A stretch of DNA of 64,000 nucleotides, from positions 211,525 through 275,524 of the forward strand of contig JAXMDB010000008.1 in the NCBI GenBank assembly GCA_046348995.1. Direction: 5' to 3'. The stretch is from Hyphomicrobiaceae bacterium (GTDB lineage: Bacteria > Pseudomonadota > Alphaproteobacteria > Rhizobiales > Hyphomicrobiaceae). Made by a program: the position numbers and the translations under genes. Shown piece by piece: positions 52,284-59,682 of the stretch. The first letter of the stretch is position 1. The number at the start of each line of letters is the position of its first letter. A model generated the notes under the pieces. It made no database searches. It saw nothing but the letters and a program-made list of their open reading frames with translations, and was not told the origin of the DNA.

Positions 52284-53201
52284 ATGAAAAGGCAGTATGG
52301 CCTCGTGCCAGTCGTCGGAGCCGTTGCGATTTTGGCGGCAGGTCTGCTGCTCAGTCTGGGGGAGGGCGGCCGGTCAGGTGCTGGAGCTCAAGCAGGCCAG
52401 ACCGGATCGACCTCTCCCAGCGCCATCGAGGAGCTCGCCAAGGCGAAAAAGTCCTATCCCCGCGCCGTGTGGACACCATTGCACTTCACGCCCGCCATCG
52501 ACACGGCGACGAACGAGCAATGCCTCACCTGCCATCAGGAGATTCTGAAAGCGAAGGTTCGCGAGGTGTCGCCAGCCGGTCTTGCCGCCGCGGACACCAC
52601 CGCTTGGTATCAGACGCTCGACACCTATGCGGGCAAGCAGGAAACCTTCCACGCCCGCCACTTGAAGACGCCGCTCGCCAAGGAGGTCATGAACCTCACC
52701 TGCAATTTCTGCCATCGCGGCCACGATCCGCGTGAGGAGATGCCGGGCTCGAGCGCGACGACGACAGCAGCGGCCCTCGGCGATTTCACTTTCCGCAAGA
52801 CCGTCAATCCGTCGAAAACCTGCCTCCTTTGCCACGGCCGCTACCCGCAAGAGGTCATGACCGGAGTTGAGGGCTCCTGGCCCGAGGCCCGCAAGACCAT
52901 CGAGGATGCGTCCTCGCCGGATACACAGAACGGCTGCCTCGTCTGCCACAACATGGACGCCGGCATCCGCACAGTTCGCCATCAGGTGAGCTACCTCAAG
53001 GCCGACGCCATCGAGGCGCGGGCCAAGAAAGGCTCCTCCGACCTCTGCTACGGCTGCCACGGCGGACGTGCCTGGTACCGCATCAGCTACCCCTACCCGC
53101 GCCACCCGTGGAAGGACATGCCGGACGAGATGCCCGACTGGGCCAAGAGCCGGCCGACCGCCTCCGACCCGCGCTACGCGCTCGACAAGAAGACACCGTG
53201 A
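52284..53201 (+). CDS. Pentaheme c-type cytochrome (membrane-anchored or secreted)
   Basis: N-terminal hydrophobic segment (LVPVVGAVAILAAGLLLSL). Five CxxCH motifs: CLTCH, CNFCH, CLLCH, CLVCH, CYGCH. RBS GAGGGG. Confidence 0.85.
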   Translation: MKRQYGLVPVVGAVAILAAGLLLSLGEGGRSGAGAQAGQTGSTSPSAIEELAKAKKSYPRAVWTPLHFTPAIDTATNEQCLTCHQEILKAKVREVSPAGLAAADTTAWYQTLDTYAGKQETFHARHLKTPLAKEVMNLTCNFCHRGHDPREEMPGSSATTTAAALGDFTFRKTVNPSKTCLLCHGRYPQEVMTGVEGSWPEARKTIEDASSPDTQNGCLVCHNMDAGIRTVRHQVSYLKADAIEARAKKGSSDLCYGCHGGRAWYRISYPYPRHPWKDMPDEMPDWAKSRPTASDPRYALDKKTP

Positions 53202-53212
53202 GGGATGCCGTC

Positions 53213-55807
53213 ATGATCGACCCGAAACACGCGGGCAGCTGGCACGTCGAGACGCCCGTTCGCCTGAACCTCAATCGCCGCGATGTGCTCCGCGGACTGC
53301 TGGCGTCGAGCGCCATCGGCCTCGTGCCGCTCACCACGCTGACCTCGAGCAAGCCAGCCGCGGCCTTCGCCTACGAGCCATACCCAAAGGACGACGAGCT
53401 GACGACGGTCGTCACCAGCTGCGCGCACAATTGCGGCTCGCGTCATATGCTGGTCGCGCACAAGAAGGGCGACGTCATCGTCCGTCTGTCGACCGACGAC
53501 GGCCGCTATCAGGAGGACGGCTTCTTCGGCAAGGACACCGAGGAGGAGCCGCAGATCCGTGCCTGCCTGCGCGGCCGCTCCTACCGCTCGCGCCTCTATT
53601 CGCCCGAGCGCCTGCTCTATCCGATGAAGCGGGTCGGCAAGCGCGGCGAGGGCAAGTTCAAACGCGTGTCGTGGGACGAGGCGTTGGGCGGCATCGCCGA
53701 GAAGATGACGGAGATCAAGGCAAAGTACGGCCCGACCGCGCTGCTCGACCAGAGCTACGCCGGCGCCTCCTATGGCGTGCTGCACAAGTCGGATCAGATC
53801 GAAGGCCTGCTCGGCCGCTTCCTCGGCATGTTCGGCTGCCGCACGAACTCGTGGTCGGTGCCGTCCTATCAGGCGACGACCTTCTCCTCGCGCATGACCT
53901 TCGGCACCATCGAGGATGGCAACGAGGACGACACCTTCGCGCACTCCAAGCTCATCATCATGTGGGGCTGGAATCCGGCCTACACCTTCCACGGCGGCAA
54001 CACGTTCTACTACATGCGGCTCGCCAAGCAGCGCGGCTGCAAGTTCGTGCTCGTCGACCCGCAATACACGGACTCGGCCTCTGTCTATGACGCCTGGTGG
54101 ATCCCGATCCGGCCCAACACGGACGCCGCGATGCTTGCCGGCATGGCCCACCACATCTTCACCAACAACTGGCACGACCAAGCCTTCATCGACCGCTTCT
54201 GCCAGGGCGTGGATGCCGGCACGATGCCCCAGTGGGCCAAGGGCAAGGAGAGCTTCAAGGACTATATCCTCGGCACCATGGACGGGCAGCCGAAGACGCC
54301 CGAGTGGGCGGCCGAGATTTGCGGCGTCAAAGCCGAGGACATCAAGAAGCTCGCCGAGATGTATGCGACGACGAAGCCTGCGGCATTGAAAGCGTCGTGG
54401 GCGCCCGGCCGCAATGCATACGGCGAGCAGTACAGCCGCATGGCCGCCGCCGTGCAGGCGATCACCGGCAACATCGGCAAGCTCGGCGGGTCGTCGGAAG
54501 GCGTCGGCAAGGCCTGGCATCCGGAGGCGGTCGCCTATCCCTACGACGAGAACGCCAACATCTGGTTCGCCTCGATCAAGTCGGACCGCTGGGCGCACTG
54601 CGTGCTGAACTACCCCAACGTCAAGCGCGAGGAGATCGGTTGCTGGCCGAGGAACGACAAGCTCGACGGCACCATTCCCAACATCAAGGGGATCTTCTGG
54701 CAGGGCTCGGACTGGTTCAACCAGCTGACGAACATCAACAAGATGATCGAGGCGGTGCAGAAGCTCGAGCTCGTCGTCTGCATGGACTCGACGATCACGC
54801 CGTCAGGACTTTGGGCCGACTACCTGATCCCGATCGCCACGCATTTCGAGCGGCATGACACGGCGCTGCCCTGGTACAAGGGCCACTACTACATCCATCG
54901 CCCGCGTGTGATTGCCCCGCTCGGCGAGAGCCGCACGGATATCCAGGTCTTCACCGAGCTCGCCTATCGCCTGGAAGAGCTCGATCCGAAGACCCTCAAA
55001 GACTTCGGCAAGCGCTACAATCCGCGCGCGACCCGGGACTATTTCAACGACAATACCGCCGTCGACGAGGAGTATCTGACCCACTGGTGGAACGAGAAGG
55101 TGATGAAGCACCAGGGCGTCACCATGAGCTGGGAGGACTTCAAGAAGCACGGCGTCTACAAATTCAAGCTCGCCGAGCCGCACGTGGCTTTCCGCCAGCA
55201 GATCGAGACCGGGCTGCCGTTCTTGACCCCGTCGGGCAAGATCGAAATCCTCTCCTCGACCCTCGCGCAATACAAGGACTGGACGAAGACCGCCTACGGC
55301 TACGAGATTCCGGCGATCCCGAAGTGGATCGAGCCGTGGGAGTGGCTCGGCAACAAGGAGAAGACGGGCAAGCACCCGTTCCATCTGATCTCGCCGCATC
55401 CACGCTGGCGGACACACTCGATCTTCAACAACATCCCGTGGCTGCGCGAGACCTTCGAGCAGGAGGTGACGCTCAACGCCGCCGACGCCGCCAAGCTCGG
55501 CATCAAGACCGGCGACACGGTCGAGGTGTTCAACGATCGCGGCAAGTGCGTCGTGCCGGCCTACGTCACCGAGCGCTGCATGCCGGGCGTCGCGGTGTTG
55601 CACGAAGGGGCGTGGATGGATCTCGACAAGAACGGCGTCGACCGCGCGGGCAACCCGGACTTCCTGACCTTGGACGAGCCCTCGCCAGCCGGTGCCTTCG
55701 CCTACAACACCGTGCTCGTGAACATCGCCAAGTCGGAGCTCGAGCATCGCCCGGGCTGGGACCGGCTCGCGACCGCGCGCTCGTCCGTCTTCCGCCGCGA
55801 CATGTAA
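53213..55807 (+). CDS. Tat-exported molybdopterin oxidoreductase catalytic subunit (DMSO reductase family)
   Basis: Twin-arginine signal (NRRDVLRGLLASSAIGLVPL). It has the molybdopterin oxidoreductase fold, a molybdopterin dinucleotide-binding C-terminal domain and an atypical N-terminal Cys motif (SCAHNCGSRH...IRAC). 864 aa. Confidence 0.9.
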   Translation: MIDPKHAGSWHVETPVRLNLNRRDVLRGLLASSAIGLVPLTTLTSSKPAAAFAYEPYPKDDELTTVVTSCAHNCGSRHMLVAHKKGDVIVRLSTDDGRYQEDGFFGKDTEEEPQIRACLRGRSYRSRLYSPERLLYPMKRVGKRGEGKFKRVSWDEALGGIAEKMTEIKAKYGPTALLDQSYAGASYGVLHKSDQIEGLLGRFLGMFGCRTNSWSVPSYQATTFSSRMTFGTIEDGNEDDTFAHSKLIIMWGWNPAYTFHGGNTFYYMRLAKQRGCKFVLVDPQYTDSASVYDAWWIPIRPNTDAAMLAGMAHHIFTNNWHDQAFIDRFCQGVDAGTMPQWAKGKESFKDYILGTMDGQPKTPEWAAEICGVKAEDIKKLAEMYATTKPAALKASWAPGRNAYGEQYSRMAAAVQAITGNIGKLGGSSEGVGKAWHPEAVAYPYDENANIWFASIKSDRWAHCVLNYPNVKREEIGCWPRNDKLDGTIPNIKGIFWQGSDWFNQLTNINKMIEAVQKLELVVCMDSTITPSGLWADYLIPIATHFERHDTALPWYKGHYYIHRPRVIAPLGESRTDIQVFTELAYRLEELDPKTLKDFGKRYNPRATRDYFNDNTAVDEEYLTHWWNEKVMKHQGVTMSWEDFKKHGVYKFKLAEPHVAFRQQIETGLPFLTPSGKIEILSSTLAQYKDWTKTAYGYEIPAIPKWIEPWEWLGNKEKTGKHPFHLISPHPRWRTHSIFNNIPWLRETFEQEVTLNAADAAKLGIKTGDTVEVFNDRGKCVVPAYVTERCMPGVAVLHEGAWMDLDKNGVDRAGNPDFLTLDEPSPAGAFAYNTVLVNIAKSELEHRPGWDRLATARSSVFRRDM

Positions 55808-55819
55808 GGGGGCACCACG

Positions 55820-56491
55820 ATGGCCAACGCCAAAAAGCTCGACAGGACGCAGGTGGACGAGGCAATCGCGCGCCGCGACCGCGCCACCTACGAGCCCGTC
55901 AAACCCGAATTGCAGCTCGGCTTCATTCACAACAACGTCGACTGCATCGGTTGCCGCGCCTGCGAGATCGCCTGCAAGGACAAGAACGGACTGCCGCCGG
56001 GCCCGCGCTTCCGCCGCGTCATGTACGTCGAGGGCGGCACGTTCCCGGAGGTCTTCGCCTACAAGGTGAACATGTCATGCAACCACTGCGCGGAGCCGGC
56101 CTGTCTGCCGTCGTGCCCGACGGGCGCGATCTTCAAACGTGAGAAGGACGGTATCGTCGATATCGACTCGACGCTGTGCATCGGCTGCCGCCGGTGTGAG
56201 GCAGCCTGCCCGTTCGGGGCGCCGCAGTACATCCCCGAGTCCAACATCGTCGCCAAGTGCAACATGTGCGTCGACGAGATCGAAGCCGGCCGCAAGCCCT
56301 ACTGCGTCATGGCCTGCATGATGCGCGTGCTCGACATCGGCCCGATCGACAAGTTGCGGGACGGCACCTGGGAGACGAAGGCGCGCGGCCCTCAGGATAC
56401 GGTCGTCGGCCAAGTGCAGAACATGGCCGACCCCGAGCTCACCCATCCCTCGATCGTCTACGTGGCCCATCCGAAAGGCGTGGTGAAGTGA
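55820..56491 (+). CDS. 4Fe-4S ferredoxin-type electron-transfer subunit (DmsB-like, four clusters)
   Basis: Four Cys clusters: CIGCRACEIAC...C, CNHCAEPACLPSCP, CIGCRRCEAACP, CNMCVDEIEAGRKPYCVMAC. No signal peptide, as expected for Tat hitch-hiking with the catalytic subunit. Confidence 0.9.
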   Translation: MANAKKLDRTQVDEAIARRDRATYEPVKPELQLGFIHNNVDCIGCRACEIACKDKNGLPPGPRFRRVMYVEGGTFPEVFAYKVNMSCNHCAEPACLPSCPTGAIFKREKDGIVDIDSTLCIGCRRCEAACPFGAPQYIPESNIVAKCNMCVDEIEAGRKPYCVMACMMRVLDIGPIDKLRDGTWETKARGPQDTVVGQVQNMADPELTHPSIVYVAHPKGVVK

Positions 56492-57246
56492 TGCGCACAG
56501 TGTCGATCGCGAGGCGCGAGGAGCCGTCTGCTGAGAGCCAGCTCCGCCAAGCGGTCGCCGCCGATCTGCGACTGCTCGCTGCCCTTCACGATCGAGAGCC
56601 GACGGCCGCCCTGCTCGACGAGTTGCGGCGCGCACCGTTCGCCTCGCGACTCGGTCTCGTGCTCGACAGCGAAGGCGCGCGGCAGGCGCTTGCGGCCTTC
56701 GACGGTGCGCTCGCTGCACTGCCGGCCACCATCGATGGGAGCGTCGTCGACGATCTTGCGGCAGGATACGCCGACATCTACCTGACGCATCACTTGCGTG
56801 CGTCGCCCCTCGAGTCGGTCTGGCTCGACGAGGATCACCTCGTCCGCCAGGAGCCGATGTTCGAGGTTCGCAAGTGGTACCGGCACTACGGCCTCGGCAC
56901 CGCCGATTGGCGCAACCGGCCGGACGATCACCTCGTGCTCGAGCTTCAGTTCATCGCCGAGCTCGTCAGTCTGGAAGCAGCGCCTGCCGCACTTGGCGAT
57001 GCGGCCCGCTTCCTCGACGAGCACCCTCTCAAATGGATCGGCCTGTTCGCAGAGCGTGTGGCCACGAAGGGCGGACACGACTATTTCGCGGCGCTGGCGC
57101 TCTTGACCTCGGGCTATCTGCACGAGCTGCGGGCACGGCTGACGACCATTACCGGGATCGGCGTTCCCCTTGTCGCCGAGGCCAAGGACTCGGACAGGCT
57201 CCGGACATCCCCGGATCCGTCAAAACCTCAGACGGCGGGGTGCTGA
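56491..57246 (+). CDS. TorD/DmsD family redox-enzyme maturation chaperone
   Basis: ATG 56491 overlaps the upstream stop. All-helical, with TorD-like conserved Trp/Asp/His context (RPDDHLVLELQFIAEL). Confidence 0.7.
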   Translation: MRTVSIARREEPSAESQLRQAVAADLRLLAALHDREPTAALLDELRRAPFASRLGLVLDSEGARQALAAFDGALAALPATIDGSVVDDLAAGYADIYLTHHLRASPLESVWLDEDHLVRQEPMFEVRKWYRHYGLGTADWRNRPDDHLVLELQFIAELVSLEAAPAALGDAARFLDEHPLKWIGLFAERVATKGGHDYFAALALLTSGYLHELRARLTTITGIGVPLVAEAKDSDRLRTSPDPSKPQTAGC

Positions 57247-57284
57247 GCCGAGCTTCCGGAGGTGCCGGGGTGCCGTCCGGCCCG

Positions 57285-57722
57285 CTATTTGTTCCGGTCA
57301 CCCTTGCCCAGCTCATCGACGTAGAACCGCACGAGCTTCACCAGCCGGTCCCGGCTTTCCGACGTCGGCAAGCTCGTGAGCAGTTGGGCGACCTCCCGGC
57401 ATTGGGCCTCCAGGCGGGTCTCGCTGAGCTGGCTTTCGAGCTGCGCCTCTCCATCGCCGGGGGTCTCGAAGAACCACTCGATCGGCGTCGACAGCGCCTT
57501 GGCGATATCGAGCAAGCGCATCGCGGGAACGCGATTGACGCCCGTTTCGTACTTGTGCAGCTGCTGGAACGAGACGCCGAGTTGATCGGCCAATTGCCAC
57601 TGCGTTATGCCAAGCACTGCGCGCCGCCGCTTGATTTGGCGGCCGATGCCCGCGTCGTGCTCTGTGACACTCCGGGAGGCCCCGGTACCCTCTGCAGGAC
57701 GTGCACGCCTCGAACTGCTCAC
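57285..57722 (-). CDS. XRE family (Cro/C1-type HTH) transcriptional regulator
   Basis: HTH LGITQWQLADQLGVSFQQLHKYETGVNRV. The N-terminal extent is uncertain. Confidence 0.7.
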   Translation of the reverse strand: MSSSRRARPAEGTGASRSVTEHDAGIGRQIKRRRAVLGITQWQLADQLGVSFQQLHKYETGVNRVPAMRLLDIAKALSTPIEWFFETPGDGEAQLESQLSETRLEAQCREVAQLLTSLPTSESRDRLVKLVRFYVDELGKGDRNK

Positions 57723-57870
57723 AGCATCGCCTCTTGCTCAGGTATTTCGCGGGGAATGCATCCTCCTAACACGGGGTAGCCGTGAGGGAAACACCTGTGA
57801 AGCTTAACATGCCGCAAGTATCGGCGGCCGGCCCACGAGCTAGCCGCCGATCCTGAGTGAAGGCGATCGC

Positions 57871-58023
57871 CTATTTCGACAGCTCGTCGACGAGGTTGAC
57901 CGGGATCATCACGATGCCCTCGGCGGCCTTGACGATGTCGCCGACGGGATCGGGCTCGCCAGCCATCACGGCCGGGCTCGAAAAGGCGACGAGAACGCAC
58001 GCAAGCATGAGCTTCTTCACCAT
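57871..58023 (-). CDS. Candidate 50-aa secreted small protein (not in the ORF track, which has a 60-aa cutoff)
   Basis: The reverse-complement reads MVKKLMLACVLVAFSSPAVMAGEPDPVGDIVKAAEGIVMIPVNLVDELSK*. It has a signal-peptide-like N-terminus with an AXA site. Confidence 0.3.
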   Translation of the reverse strand: MVKKLMLACVLVAFSSPAVMAGEPDPVGDIVKAAEGIVMIPVNLVDELSK

Positions 58024-58145
58024 GTGGTACCCCCCAAAGGTGGTTGCGACGCACGTAGGCTAGCATATTTGCTCTGCTGCACGTGGGACATGTCTGCATC
58101 GGTGGACGCCTTGCGAGCGAGGCTGGCGCATGCGAGCGTCGGCTG

Positions 58146-58724
58146 ATGACCACAGCGACGACAGTTTGGCGGCGCGTCGGTGAGCACCGCGTCATGCCCT
58201 GGAAGAACGGCTTGGGCGAGACGATCGAGATCGCTCGCTCGCCCGATGGAGAGAGTCTCGACGGCTTCGATTGGCGCGTCAGTGTCGCCCCGGTCGTCGC
58301 CGACGGGGCATTCTCGGTTTTCCCGGGCATCGATCGGACGATCGCGGTCATCGAAGGGGCCGGCATGGCGCTCGATGTGGCGGGACGCAGCGTCGTGCTG
58401 CGGCCGGGCGTTCCCTTCACCTACGACGGTGGGCTCGCCGTGCATGGCCGGCTCGTCGACGGCCCCGTCCGGGACATCAACGTCATGGTGCGCCGCGGTC
58501 GCTGCACCTGCGAGATGATCCTGGTGTCGGGTGCGAGCGCGATTGCTGCCGTTGCGGCGACTGTCGTCGCTTACGGCCTCGAGGGCGAATGGGACGTTAC
58601 TGCCGAAAATGAGGGCCGCCGGATGGGCTCGGGCTGCTCCGTCACGACGGACGGCTCGCCGCTGACGTTCTTGCCCGCATCGCCCCGGGCGCGCCTTGCG
58701 ATCGCGGTGATCCGGCCGATCTGA
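58146..58724 (+). CDS. HutD/Ves family protein
   Basis: ATG 58146 (MTTATTVWRRVGEHRVMPWKNGLGETIEIA), which is the HutD N-terminal signature. About 192 aa. Confidence 0.75.
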   Translation: MTTATTVWRRVGEHRVMPWKNGLGETIEIARSPDGESLDGFDWRVSVAPVVADGAFSVFPGIDRTIAVIEGAGMALDVAGRSVVLRPGVPFTYDGGLAVHGRLVDGPVRDINVMVRRGRCTCEMILVSGASAIAAVAATVVAYGLEGEWDVTAENEGRRMGSGCSVTTDGSPLTFLPASPRARLAIAVIRPI

Positions 58725-58738
58725 CCGGAAGCTCGGCC

Positions 58739-59020
58739 CTACGCCGCCGGAGACGTCGCCATCCGGCCGCCGGTGATGACCTGGAATCGCCGTACAGGCT
58801 TCTCAGCCGCCGGCCCATTCATGGCCGCGCTCAACAACTTGCGGGCCCTGAGCAATGCCGCCGCCTCGGTCAGGAATCGCTTCGCGCCGGGGTGTGCTTC
58901 GGATCGCGCCATGCACTCGATGAGGCGCTTGGCGCCCGCTTCGCTGCCTTCGAGCTCCACCGCCAGGCGCAGCAGTTGCCTGTCGAGATTGAGAGCGGCG
59001 GATTTGATCAGATCGTCCAT
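58739..59020 (-). CDS. Hypothetical protein (93 aa)
   Basis: Internal ATG at 59020 with GGAAGAAG RBS (MDDLIKSAALNLDRQLLRLAVELEG...). The upstream part of the ORF-track call overlaps the neighbouring gene. Confidence 0.45.
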   Translation of the reverse strand: MDDLIKSAALNLDRQLLRLAVELEGSEAGAKRLIECMARSEAHPGAKRFLTEAAALLRARKLLSAAMNGPAAEKPVRRFQVITGGRMATSPAA

Positions 59021-59096
59021 GGCTTCTTCCAAAACGGAGAAGAAGCCTTGCCGATTCCCCGTTAATGAAGAGTTTATTGCCGGCGCGCTCCGGCGG

Positions 59097-59678
59097 TCAC
59101 GGATAGGAAAATCCGAAACCGAAGCGTACGAGCCGGTCGCCCTTGAACGTGTACTCGGCGGCGTAGGACGGCATGTTGTGGGCCTTGAGGAAGTCCGACG
59201 CGGTCGCGTCGGCGACCTCGTAGCGAATGACCTCGGTGCCATCGCCGGCATCGGACGGCGCCGCCGCACACGCGCCGAACCGGTCGAGGACGTCCTTGCG
59301 CGTCATGCCCAATCGGACACCGCGACCGGTGCGGAACAGGGGCGTGTCGAGCACCGTCGCCTCGACATCGGCGTCGAGGTCCTCTGCGGGGAGCACCTCG
59401 GCCGATTCGAATACGTCGGCCTTGTCCCCGAACAGCCGGTGCAAGAGCAGGATCTCGGTCTCGGTCGTGTTCGTGAAAGCGGCCGTATCGGTGCCGCTCT
59501 CGTCCTCGGCGACCTGATAGTCGCTGCCGAGCTGGAGCACCGTGCTCAACGGATCGCCGAGCTCGATGCCGTGCACGGCGATGTCGGGATTGGTGGGCGT
59601 GCAGGCCGCGTGGGCCGGCATGCGCATCGACAGCATTCCGGCGAGCGCCAGAACGGCAAATCCCCCTTGTGTCCGCAT
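59097..59678 (-). CDS. Secreted hypothetical protein (193 aa)
   Basis: Signal peptide (FAVLALAGMLSMRMPAHA). Acidic mature region with a C-terminal FGFGFSYP. Confidence 0.55.
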   Translation of the reverse strand: MRTQGGFAVLALAGMLSMRMPAHAACTPTNPDIAVHGIELGDPLSTVLQLGSDYQVAEDESGTDTAAFTNTTETEILLLHRLFGDKADVFESAEVLPAEDLDADVEATVLDTPLFRTGRGVRLGMTRKDVLDRFGACAAAPSDAGDGTEVIRYEVADATASDFLKAHNMPSYAAEYTFKGDRLVRFGFGFSYP

Positions 59679-59682
59679 CCGC

